Shown here: positions 1-13,900 of the stretch, piece by piece | Position numbering within the stretch: position 1 is the stretch's first letter | How the letters are laid out: every line of letters starts with the position of its first letter | Assembly (NCBI RefSeq): GCF_009914755.1 | Contig: NC_060925.1 | Source of the DNA: the human T2T-CHM13v2.0 reference genome, Homo sapiens | Reading direction: 5' to 3' (one strand) | DNA length: 64,000 nt | Program-made: the position numbers and the translations under genes | The notes under the pieces: generated by a model | What the model was told of the DNA's origin: nothing | Databases searched by the model: none | What the model saw: the letters and a program-made list of their open reading frames with translations, nothing else

Positions 1-3000
1 GACCCGAATGGAATCATCTAATGGAAAGGAATGGAATAATCCATGGACTCGAATGCAATCATCATCGAATGGAATCGAATGGAATCATCGAATGGACTCG
101 AATGGAATAATCATTGAACGGAATCGAATGGAATCATCATCGGATGGAAATGAATGGAATCATCATCGAATGGAATCGAATAGAATTATGGAATTAAATC
201 CAGTGTGATCATCATCGAATGGACCCGAATGGAATCATCATCCAACGGAAGCTAATGGAATCAACATCGAATGAATCAAATGGAAACACCATCGAATTGA
301 AACGAATGGAATTACCATGAAATTGAAATGGATGGACTCATCCTCAAATGGATTCGAATGGAATCATCGAATAAAATTGATTGAAATCATCATCGAATGG
401 AATCGAATGGTATCATTGAATGGAATCGAATGGAATCATCATCAGATGGAAATGAAAGGAATCGTCATAGAATGGAATCGAATGGATTCATTGAATGGAA
501 TCAGATGGAATCATCGAATGGACTGGAATGGAATCATTGAATGGACTCGAAAGGGATCATTATTGAATGGAATTGAATGGAATCATCGAATGGTCTCGAT
601 TGGAATCATTATCAAATGGAATCGAATGGAATCACCAAATAGAATCGAATGGAATAATCATCGAATGGACTCAAATGGAATTATCCTCAAATGGAATTGA
701 ATGGAATTATCGAATGCAATCGAATGGAATTATCGAATGCAATCGAATAGAATCATCGAATGGACTCGAATGGAATCATCGAATGGAATGGAATGGAACA
801 GTCAATGAACTCGAATGGAATCATCATTGAATGGAATCGAATGGAATCATCGAGTGGAATCGAATGTAATCATCATCAAATGGAATCAAAAATAACCATC
901 ATCAAATGGAATCAAAAATAACCATCATCAATTGGTATTGAATGGAATTCTCATCAAATGGAATTCAAAGGAATCATCATCAAATGGAACCGAATGGAAT
1001 CCTCATTGAATGGAAATGAAAGGGGTCATCATCTAATGGAATCGCATGGAATCATCATCAAATGGAATCGAATGGAATCAACATCAAATGGAATCAAATG
1101 GAATCATTGAACAGAATTGAATGGAATCGTCATCGAATGAATTGAATGCAATCATCGAATGGTCTCGAATGGAATCATCTTCAAATGGAATGGAATGGAA
1201 TCATCGCATAGAATCGAATGGAATTTTCATCGAATGGAATCGAATGGAATCAACATCAAACGGAAAAAAACGGAATTATCGAATGGAATCGAAGAGAATC
1301 ACCGAATGGACCCGAATGGAATCATCTAATGGAATGGAATGGAATAATCCATGGACTCGAATGCAATCATCGTCGAATGGAATCGAATGGAATCATCGAA
1401 TGGACTCGAATGGAATAATCATTGAACGGAATCGAATGGAATCATCATCGGATGGAAATGAATGGAATCATCATCGAATGGAATCGAATAGAATTATGGA
1501 ATGAAATCCAGTGTGATCATCATCGAATGGACCCGAATGGAATCATCATCCAACGGAAGCTAATGGAATCAACATCGAATGAATCAAATGGAAACACCAT
1601 CGAATTGAAACGAATGGAATTACCATGAAATTGAAATGGATGGACTCATCCTCAAATGGATTCGAGTGGAATCATCGAATAAAATTGATTGAAATCATCA
1701 TCGAATGGAATCGAATGGTATCATTGAATGGAATCGAATGGAATCATCATCAGATGGAAATGAAAGGAATCGTCATAGAATGGAATCGAATGGATTCATT
1801 GAATGGAATCAGATGGAATCATTGAATGGACTGGAATGGAATCATTGAATGGACTCGAAAGGGATCATTATTGAATGGAATTGAATGGAATCATCGAATG
1901 GTCTCGATTGGAATCATTATCAAATGGAATCGAATGGAATCACCGAATAGAATCGAATGGAACAATCATCGAATGGACTCAAATGGAATTATCCTCTAAT
2001 GGAATTGAATGGAATTATCGAATGCAATCGAATGGAATTATCGAATGCAATCGAATAGAATCATCGAATGGACTCGAATGGAATCATCGAATGGAATGGA
2101 ATGGAACAGTCAATGAACTCGAATGGAATCATCATTGAATGGAATCGAATGGAATCATCGAGTGGAATCGAATGTAATCATCATCAAATGGAATCAAAAA
2201 TAACCATCATCAAATGGAATCAAAAATAACCATCATCAATTGGTATTGAATGGAATTCTCATCAAATGGAATTCAAAGGAATCATCACCAAATGGAACCG
2301 AATGGAATCCTCATTGAATGGAAATGAAAGGGGTCATCATCTAATGGAATCGCAAGGAATCATCATAAAATGGAATCGAATGGAATCAACATCAAATGGA
2401 ATCAAATGGAATCATTGAACGGAATTGAATGGAATCGTCATCGAATGAATTGAAAGCAATCATCGAATGGTCTCGAATGGAATCATCTTCAAATGGAATG
2501 GAATGGAATCATCGCATAGAATCGAAAGGAATTATCATCGAATGGAATCGAATGGAATCAACACCAAACGGAAAAAAACGGAATTATCGAATGGAATCGA
2601 AGAGAATCATCGAATGGACCCGAATGGAATCATCTAATGGAATGGAATGGAATAATCCATGGACTCGAATGCAATCATCATCGAATGGAATCGAATGGAA
2701 TCATCGAATGGACTCGAATGGAATAATCATTGAACGGAATCGAATGGAATCATCATCGGATGGAAATGAATGGAATCATCATCGAATGGAATCGAATAGA
2801 ATTATGGAATGAAATCCAGTGTGATCATCATCGAATGGACCCGAATGGAATCATCATCCAACGGATGCTAATGGAATCAACATCGAATGAATCAAATGGA
2901 AACACCATCGAATTGAAACGAATGGAATTACCATGAAATTGAAATGGATGGACTCATCATCGAATGGATTCGAAAGGAATCATCGAATAAAATTGATTGA

Positions 3001-6000
3001 AATCATCATCGAATGGAATCGAATGGTATCATTGAATGGAATCGAATGGAATCATCATCAGATGGAAATGAATGGAATCGTCATAGAATGGAATCGAATG
3101 GATTCATTGAATGGAATCAGATGGAATCATCGAATGGACTGGAATGGAATCATTGAATGGACTCGAAAGAGATCATGATTGAATGGAATTGAATAGAATC
3201 ATCGAATGGTCTCGATTGGAATCATTATCAAATGGAATCGAATGGAATCACCGAATAGAAACGAATGGAACAATCATCGAATGGACTCAAATGGAATTAT
3301 CCTCAAATGGAATCGAATGGAATTATCGAATGCAATCGAATGGAATTATCGAATGCAATCGAATAGAATCATCGAATGGACTCGAATGGAATCATCGAAT
3401 GGAATGGAATGGAACAGTCAATGAACTCGAATGGAATCATCATTGAATGGAATCGAATGGAATCATCGAGTGTAATCGAATGGAATTATGATCAAATGGA
3501 ATCGAATGTAATCATCATCAAATGGAATCAAAAATAACCATCATCAATTGGTATTGAATGGAATTGTCATCAAGTGGAATTCAAAGGAAACATCATCAAA
3601 TGGAACCGAATGGAATCCTCATTGAATGGAAATGAAAGGGGTCATCGTCTAATGGAATCGCATGGAATCATCATCAAATGGAATCGAATGGAATCATCAT
3701 CAAATGGAATCTAATGGAATCATTCAACAGAATTGAATGGAATCGTCATCGAATGAATTGAATGCAATCATCGAATGGTCTCGAATGGAACCATCTTCTA
3801 ATGGAAAGGAATGGAATCATCGCATAGAATCGAATGGAATTGTCACCGAATGGAATCGAATGGTATCAACACCAAACGGAAAAAAACGGAATTATCGAAT
3901 GGAATCGAAGAGAATCTTCGAACGGACCCGAATGGAATCATCTAATGGAATGGAATGGAATAATCCATGGACTCGAATGCAATCATCATCGAATGGAATC
4001 GAATGGAATCATCGAATGGACTCGAATGGAATAATCATTGAACGGAATCGAATGGAATCATCATCGGATGGAAACGAATGGAATCATCATCGGATGGGAA
4101 TGAAAGGAGTCATCATCTAATGGAATTGCATGGAATCATCATAAAATGGAATCGAATGGAATCAACATCAAATGGAATCAAATGGAATCATTGAACGGAA
4201 TTGAATGGAATCGTCATCGAATGAATTGAATGCAATCATCGAATGGTCTCGAATGGAATCATCTTCAAATGGAATGGAATGGAATCATTGCATAGAATCG
4301 AATGGAATTATCATCGAATGGAATCGAATGGTATCAACATCAAACGGAAAAAAACGGAATTATCGAATGGAATCGAAGAGAATCTTCGAACGTACCCGAA
4401 TGGAATCATCTAATGGAGTGGAATGGAATAATCCATGGACTCGAATGCAATCATCATCGAATGGAATCGAATGGAATCATCGAATGGTCTCGAATGGAAT
4501 GATCATTGAACGGAATCGAATGGAATCATCATCGGATGGAAATGAATGGAATGATCATCGAATGGAATCGAATAGAATTATGGAATGAAATCCAGTGTGA
4601 TCATCATCGAATGGACCCGAATGGAATCATCATCCAACGGAAGCTAATGGAATCAACATCGAATGAATCGAATGGAAACACCATCGAATTGAAACGAATG
4701 GAATTATCATGAAATTGAAATGGATGGACCCATCATCGAATGGATTCGAATGGAATCATCGAATAAAATTGATTGAAATCATCATCAAATGGAATCGAAT
4801 GGTGTCATTGAATGGGATCGAATGGAATCATCGTCAGATGGAAATGAATGGAATCGTCATAGAATGGAATCGAATGGATTCATTGAATGGAATCAGATGG
4901 AATCATCGAATGGACTGGAATGGAATCATTGAATGGACTCGAATGGAATCATTATTGAATGGAATTGAATGGAATCATCGAATGGTCTCGATTGGAATCA
5001 TTATCACATGGAATCGAATGGAATCACCGAATAGAATCGAATGGAACAATCATCGAATTGACTCAAATGGAATTATCCTCAAATGGAATCGAATGGAATT
5101 ATCGAATGCAATCGAATGGAATTATCGAATGCAATCGAATAGAATCATCGAATGGACTCGAATGGAATCATCGAATGGAATGGAATGGAACAGTCAATGA
5201 ACTCGAATGGAATCATCATTGAATGGAATCGAATGGAATCATCGAGTGGAATCGAATGGAATTATGATCAAATGGAATCGAATGTAATCCTCATCAAATG
5301 GAATCAAAAATAACGATCATCAATTGGTATTGAATGGAATTGTCATCAAATGGAATTGAAAGGAATCATCATCAAATGGAACCGAATGGAATCCTCATTG
5401 AATGGAAATGAAAGTGGTCATCATCTAATGGAATCGCATGGAATCATCATCAAATGGAATCGAATGGAATCATCATGAAATGGAATCTAAGGGAATCATT
5501 GAACAGAATTGAATGGAATCGTCATCGAATGAATTGAATGCAATCATCGAATGGTCTCGAATGGAATCATCTTCAAATGGAAAGGAATGGAATCATCGCA
5601 TAGAATCGAATGGAATTATCATCGAATGGAATCCAATGGTATCAACATCAAACGGAAAAAAACGGAATTATGGAATGGAATCGAAGAGAATCTTCGAACG
5701 GACCCGAATGGAATCATCTAATGGAATGGAATGGAATAATCCATGGACTCGAATGCAATCATCATCAAATGGAATCGAATGGAATCATCGAATGGACTCG
5801 AATGGAATAATCATTGAACGGAATCGAATGGAATCATCATCGGATGGAAACGAATGGAATCATCATCGAATGGAAATGAAAGGAGTCATCATCTAATGGA
5901 ATTGCATGGAATCATCATAAAATGGAATCGAATGGAATCAACATCAAATGGAATCAAATGGAATCATTGAACGGAATTGAATGGAATCGTCATCGAATGA

Positions 6001-7792
6001 ATTGACTGCAATCATCGAATGGTCTCGAATGGAATCATCTTCAAATGGAATGGAATGGAATCATCGCATAGAATCGAATGGAATTATCATCGAATGGATT
6101 CGAATGGAATCAACATCAAACGGAAAAAATCGGAATTATCGAATGGAATCGAAGGGAATCATCGAAGGGACCCGAATGGAATCATCTAATGGAATGGAAT
6201 GGAATAATCCATGGACTCGAATGCAATCATCATCGAATGGAATCGAATGGAATCATCGAATGGACTCGAATGGAATAATCATTGAACGGAATCGAATGGA
6301 ATCATCATCGGATGGAAATGAATGGAGTCATCATCGAATGGAATCGAATAGAATTATGGAATGAAATCCAGTGTGATCATCATCGAATGGACCCGAATGG
6401 AATCATCATCCAACGGAAGCTAATGGAATCAACATCGAATGAATCAAATGGAAACACCATCGAATTGAAACGAATGGAATTACCATGAAATTAAATTGGA
6501 TGGACTCATCCTCAAATGGATTCGAGTGGAATCATCGAATAAAATTGATTGAAATCATCATCAAATGGAATCGAATGGTATCATTGAATGGAATCGAATG
6601 GAATCATCATCAGATGGAAATGAAAGGAATCGTCATAGAATGGAATCAAATGGATTCATTGAATGGAATCAGATGGAATCATTGAATGGACTGGAATGGA
6701 ATCATTGAATGGACTCGAAAGGGATCATTATTGAATGGAATTGAATGGAATCATCGAATGGTCTCGATTGGAATCATTATCAAATGGAATCGAATGGAAT
6801 CACCGAATAGAATCGAATGGAACAATCATCGAATGGACTCAAATGGAATTATCCTCAAATGGAATTGAATGGAATTATCGAATGAAATCGAATGGAATTA
6901 TCGAATGCAATCGAATAGAATCATCGAATGGACTCGAATGGAATCATCGAATGGAATGGAATGGAACAGTCAATGAACTCGAATGGAATCATCATTGAAT
7001 GGAATCGAATGGAATCATCGAGTGGAATCGAATGTAATCATCATCAAATGGAATCAAAAATAACCATCATCAAATGGAATCAAAAATAACCATCATCAAT
7101 TGGTATTGAATGGAATTCTCATCAAATGGAATTCAAAGGAATCATCATCAAATGGAACCGAATGGAATCCTCATTGAATGGAAATGAAAGGGGTCATCAT
7201 CTAATGGAATCGCATGGAATCATCATAAAATGGAATCGAATGGAATCAACATCAAATGGAATCAAATGGAATCATTGAACGGAATTGAATGGAATCGTCA
7301 TCGAATGAATTGAATGCAACCATCGAATGGTCTCGAATGGAATCATCTTCAAATGGAATGGAATGGAATCATCGCATAGAATCGAACGGAATTATCATCG
7401 AATGGAATCGAATGGAATCAACATCAAACGGAAAAAAACGGAATTATCGAATGGAATCGAAGAGAATCATCGAATGGACCCGAATGGAATCATCTAATGG
7501 AATGGAATGGAATAATCCATGGACTCGAATGCAATCATCATCGAATGGAATCGAATGGAATCATCGAATGGACTCGAATGGAATAATCATTGAACGGAAT
7601 CGAATGGAATCATCATCGGATGGAAATGAATGGAATCATCATCGAATGGAATCGAATAGAATTATGGAATGAAATCCAGTGTGATCATCATCGAATGGAC
7701 CCGAATGGAATCATCATCCATCGGAAGCAAATGGAATCAACATCGAATGAATCGAATGGAAACACCATCGAATTGAAACGAATGGAATTATC
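1..7792 (+). repeat. Domain of mixed 1308-bp and 1776-bp units
   Basis: Landmark starts at 317, 1625, 2933, 4709, 6485 and 7793 give spacings of 1308, 1308, 1776, 1776 and 1308. 1308 = 1776 - 468. Confidence 0.92.
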
Positions 7793-8625
7793 ATGAAATT
7801 GAAATGGATGGACTCATCATCGAATGGATTCGAATGGAATCATCGAATAAAATTGATTGAAATCATCATCAAATGGAATCGAATGGTATCATTGAATGGA
7901 ATCGAATGGAATCATCATCAGATGGAAATGAATGGAATCGTCATAGAATGGAATCGAATGGATTCATTGAATGGAATCAGATGGAATCATCGAATGGACT
8001 GGAATGGAATCATTGAATGGACTCGAAAGGGATCATTATTGAATGGAATTGAACGGAATCATCGAATGGTCTCGATTGGAATCATTATCAAATGGAATCG
8101 AATGGAATCACCGAATAGAATCGAATGGAACAATCATCGAATGGACTCAAATGGAATTATCCTCCAATGGAATCGAATGGAATTATCGAATGCAATCGAA
8201 TGGAATTATCGAATGCAATCGAATAGAATCATCGAATGGACTCGAATGGAATCATCGAATGGAATGGAATGGAACAGTCAATGAACTCGAATGGAATCAT
8301 CATTGAATGGAATCGAATGGAATCATCGAGTGGAATCGAATGGAATTATGATCAAATGGAATCGAATGTAATCATCATCAAATGGAATCAAAAATAAACA
8401 TCATCAATTGGTATTGAATGGAATTCTCATCAAATGGAATTCAAAGGAATCATCATCAAATGGAACTGAATGGAATCCTCATTGAATGGAAATGAAAGGG
8501 GTCATCATCTAATGGAATCGCATGGAATCATCATCAAATGGAATCGAATGGAATCATCATCAAATGGAATCTGATGGAATCATTGAACAGAATTGAATGG
8601 AATCGTCATCGAATGAATTGAATGC

Positions 8626-8919
8626 AATCATCGAATGGTCTCGAATGTAATCACATTCTAATGGAAAGGAATGGAATCATCGCATAGAATCGAATGGAAT
8701 TAACATTGAATGGACTCGAATGGAATCAACATCAAACGGAATCAAGCGGAATTATCGAATGGAATCGAAGAGAATCATCGAATGGTCTCGAATGGAATCA
8801 TCTTCTAATGGAAAGGAATGGAATCATCGCATAGAATCGAATGGAATTAACATTGAATGGACTCGAATGGAATCAACATCAAATGGAATCAAGCGGAATT
8901 ATCGAATGAAATCGAAGAG
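8626..8919 (+). repeat. 147-bp internal tandem duplication
   Basis: aatcatcgaatggtctcgaatg...ctaatggaaagg...ggaatcaagcggaattatc starts at 8626 and again at 8773. The unit is 147 bp longer than standard. Confidence 0.88.
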
Positions 8920-10927
8920 AATCATCGAATGGACTCGAAAGGAATCATCTAATGGAATGGAATGGAATAATCCATGGACTCGAATGCAATCATCATCGTA
9001 TAGAATCGAATGGAATCATCGAAAGGACTCGAATGGAATAACCATTGAACGGAATCGAATGGAATCATCATCGGATGGAAACGAATGGAATCATCATCGA
9101 ATGGAAATGAAAGGAGTCATCATCTAATGGAATTGCATGGAATCATCATAAAATGGAATCGAATGGAATCATCATCAAATGGAATCAAATGGAATCATTG
9201 AACGGAATTGAATGGAATCGTCATCGAATGAATTGAATGCAATCATCGAATGGTCTCGAATGGAATCATCTTCAAATGGAATGGAATGGAATCATCGCAT
9301 AGAATCGAATGGAATTATCATCGAATGGAATCGAATGAAATCAACATCAAACGGAAAAAAACGGAATTATCGAATGGAATCGAAAAGAATCATCGAATGG
9401 TCCCGAATGGAATCATCTAATGGAATGGAATGGAATAATCCATGGACTCGAATGCAATCATCATCGAATGGAATCGAATGGAATCATCGAATGGACTCGA
9501 ATGGAATAATCATTGAACGGAATCGAATGGAATCATCATCGGATGGAAATGAATGGAATCATCATCGAATGGAATCGAATAGAATTATGGAATGAAATCC
9601 AGTGTGATCATCATCGAATGGACCCGAATGGAATCATCATCCAACGGCAGCTAATGGAATCAACATCGAATGAATCGAATGGAAACACCATCGATTTGAA
9701 ACGAATGGAATTATCATGAAATTGAAATGGATGGACTCATCATCGAATGGATTCGAATGGAATCATCGAATAAAATTGATTGAAATCATCATCAAATGGA
9801 ATCGAATGGTATCATTGAATGGAATCGAATGGAATCATCATCAGATGGAAATGAATGGAATCGTCATAGAATGGAATCGAATGGATTCATTGAATGGAAT
9901 CAGATGGAATCATCGAATGGACTGGAATGGAATCATTGAATGGACTCGAAAGGGATCATTATTGAATGGAATTGAATGGAATCATCGAATGGTCTCGATT
10001 GGAATCATTATCAAATGGAATCGAATGGAATCACCGAATAGAATCGAATGGAACAATCATCGAATGGACTCAAATGGAATTATCCTCAAATGGAATGGAA
10101 TGGAATTATCGACTGCAATCGAATGGAATTATCGAATGCAATCGAATAGAATCATCGAATGGACTCGAATGGAATCATCGAATGGAATGGAATGGAACAG
10201 TCAATGAAATCGAATGGAATCATCATTGAATGGAATCGAATGGAATCATCGAGTGGAATCGAATGGAATTATGATCAAATGGAATCGAATGTAATCATCA
10301 TCAAATGGAATCAAAAATAACCATCATCAATTGGTATTGAATGGAATTGTCATCAAATGGAATTCAAAGGAATCATCATCAAATGGAACCGAATGGAATC
10401 CTCATTGAATGGAAATGAAAGGGGTCATCATCTAATGGAATCGCATGGAATCATCATCAAATGGAATCGAAAGGAATCATCATCAAATGGAATCTGATGG
10501 AATCATTGAACAGAATTGAATGGAATCGTCATCGAATGAATTGAATGCACTCATCGAATGGTCTCGAATGGAATCATCTTCTAATGGAAAGGAATGGAAT
10601 CATCGCATAAAATCGAATGGAATTAACATTGAATGGACTCGAATGGAATCAACATCAAACGGAATCAAGCCGAATTATCGAATGGAATCGAAGAGAATCA
10701 AAGAATGGACTCGAATGGAATCATCTAATGGAATGGAATGGAATAATCCACGGACCCGAATGCAATCATCATCGAATGGAATCGAATGGAATCATCGAAT
10801 GGACTCGAATGGAATAAACATTGAACGGAATCGAATGGAATCATCATCGGATGGAAACGAATGGAATCATCATCGAATGGAAATGAAAGGAATCATCATC
10901 TAATGGAATTGCATGGAATCATCATCA

Positions 10928-13900
10928 AATGGAATCGAATGGAATCAACATCAAATGGAATCAAATGGAATCATTGAACGGAATTGAATGGAATCGTCAT
11001 CGAATGAATTGAATGCAATCATCGAATGGTCTCGAATGGAATCATCTTCAAATGGAATGGAAAGCAATCATCGCATAGAATCGAATGGAATTATCATCGA
11101 ATGGAATCGAATCGTATCAACATCAAACGGAAAAAAACGGAATTATCGAATGGAATCGAAGAGAATCTTCGAACGGACCCGAATGGAATCATCTAATGGA
11201 ATGGAATGGAACAATCCATGGACTGGTAGGCAAACATCATTGAACGGAATCGAATGGAATCATCATCGGATGGACACGACTGGAATCATCATCGAATGGA
11301 AATGAAAGGAGTCATCATCTAATGGAATTGCATGGAATCATCATAAAATGGAATTAAATGGAATCAACATCAAATGGAATCAAATGGAATCATTGAACGG
11401 AATTGAATGGAATCGTCATCGAATGAATTGAATGCAATCATCGAATGGTCTCGAATGGAATCATCTTCAAATGGAATGGAATGGAATCATCGCATAAAAT
11501 CGAATGGAATTATCATCGAATGGAATCGAATGGAATCAACATCAAACGGAAAAAAAAGGAATTATCGAATGGAATCGAATAGAATCATCGAACGGACCCG
11601 AATGGAATCATCTAATGGAATGGAATGGAATAATCCATGGACTCGAATGCAATCATCATCGAATGGAATCGAATGCAATCATCCAATGGACTCGAATGGA
11701 ATAATCATTGAACGGAATCGAATGGAATCATCATCGGATGGAAATGAATGGAATCATCATCGAATGGAATCGAATAGAATTATGGAATGAAATCCAGTGT
11801 GATCATCATCGAATGGACCCGAATTGAATCATCATCCAACGGATTCTAATGGAATCAACATCGAATGAATCAAATGGAAACACCATCGAATTGAAACGAA
11901 TGGAATTACAATGAAATTGAAATGGATGGACTCATCATCGAATGGATTCGAATGGAATCATCGAATAAAATTGATTGAAATCATCATCGAATGGAATCGA
12001 ATGGTATCATTGAATGGAATCGAATGGAATCATCATCAGATGGAAATGAATGGAATCGTCATAGAATGGAATCGAATGGATTCATTGAATGGAATCAGAT
12101 GGAATCATCGAATGGACTGGAAAGGAATCATTGAATGGACTCGAAAGAGATCATTATTGAATGGAATTGAATGGAATCATCGAATGGTCTCGATTGGAAT
12201 CATTATCAAATGGAATCGAATGGAATCACCGAATAGAATCGAATGGAACAATCATCGAAAGGACTCAAATGGAATTATCCTCAAATAGAATCGAATGGAA
12301 TTATCGAATGCAATCGAATGGAATTAACGAATGCAATCGAATAGAATCATCGAATGGACTCGAATGGAATCATCGAATGGAATGGAATGGAACAGTCAAT
12401 AAACTCGAATGGAATCATCATTGAATGGAATCGAATGGAATCATCGAGTGGAATCGAATGGAATTATGATCAAATGGAATCGAATGTAATCATCATCAAA
12501 TGGAATCAAAAATAACCATCATCAATTGGTATTGAATGGAATTGTCATCAAATGGAATTCAAAGGAATCATCATCAAATGGAAACGAATGGAATCCTCAT
12601 TGAATGGAAATGAAAGGGGTCATCATCTAATGGAATCGCATGGAATCATCATCAAATGGAATCGAATGGAATCATCATCAAATGGAATCTAATGGAATCA
12701 TTGCAAGAATTGAATGGAATCATCATCGAATGAATTGAATGCAATCATCGAATGGTCTCGAATGGAACCATCTTCTAATGGAAAGGAATGGAATCATCGC
12801 ATAGAATCGAATGGAATTGTCATCGAATGGAATCGAATGGTATCAACACCAAACGGAAAAAAACGGAATTATCGAATGGAATCGAAGAGAATCTTCGAAC
12901 GGACCCGAATGGAATCATCTAATGGAATGGAATGGAATAATCCATGGACTCGAATGCAATCATCATCGAATGGAATCGAATGGAATCATCGAATGGACTC
13001 GAATGGAATAATCATTGAACGGAATCGAATGGAATCATCATCGGATGGAAACGAATGGAATCATCATCGAATGGAAATGAAAGGAGTCATCATCTAATGG
13101 AATTGCATGGAATCATCATCAAATGGAATCGAATGGAATCAACATCAAATGCAATCAAATGGAATCATTGAACGGAATTGAATGGAATCGTCATCGAATG
13201 AATTGAATGCAATCATCGAATGGTCTCGAATGGAATCATCTTCAAATGGAATGGAATGGAATCATCGCATAGAATCGAATGGAATTATCATCGAATGGAA
13301 TCGAATGGAATCAACATCAAATGGAAACAAAAGGAATTATTGAAAGGAATTAAATGGAATCGTCAACGAATGAATTGAATGCAATCATCGAACGGTCTCG
13401 AATGGAATCATCTTCAAATGGAATGGAATGGAATCATCGCATAGAATCGAATGGAATTATCATCGAATGGAATCGAATGGAATCAACATCAAATGGAATC
13501 AAATGGAATCATTGAACGGAATTGAATGGAATCGTCATCGAATGAATTGAATGCAATCATCGAATGGTCTCGAATGGAATCATCTTCAAATGGAATGGAA
13601 AGCAATCATCGCATAGAATCGAATGGAATTATCATCGAATGGAATCGAATCGTATCAACATCAAACGGAAAAAAACGGAATTATCGAATGGAATCGAAGA
13701 GAATCTTCGAACGGACCCGAATGGAATCATCTAATGGAATGGAATGGAACAATCCATGGACTGGTAGGCAAACATCATTGAACGGAATCGAATGGAATCA
13801 TCATCGGATGGACACGACTGGAATCATCATCGAATGGAAATGAAAGGAGTCATCATCTAATGGAATTGCATGGAATCATCATAAAATGGAATTAAATGGA

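Noticed and set aside
188-205. gaattaaatcc allele at the window start shared with the 38-62 kb cassette
   Set aside because: It is a single shared substitution without the linked cgagtggact allele. Recurrence or a short conversion cannot be distinguished from a long-range duplication.
368-392. AATAAA polyadenylation signal and a DUX4/homeodomain-like tgattgaaatca once per unit
   Set aside because: HSATII transcription and DUX4 binding are reported for the family, but the match to the TAAYYYAATCA-type motif is imperfect and AATAAA is expected in A-rich DNA. Function cannot be supported from sequence alone.
8626-8919. 147-bp duplication equal to nucleosome core length
   Set aside because: 147 = 3 x 49 (23+26 monomer pairs). 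It is a single event explained by monomer phase.
11221-11240. gactggtaggcaaac as a foreign insertion or splice donor
   Set aside because: It aligns without gaps to the consensus gactcgaatgcaatc, so it is substituted satellite, and there is no exon context.
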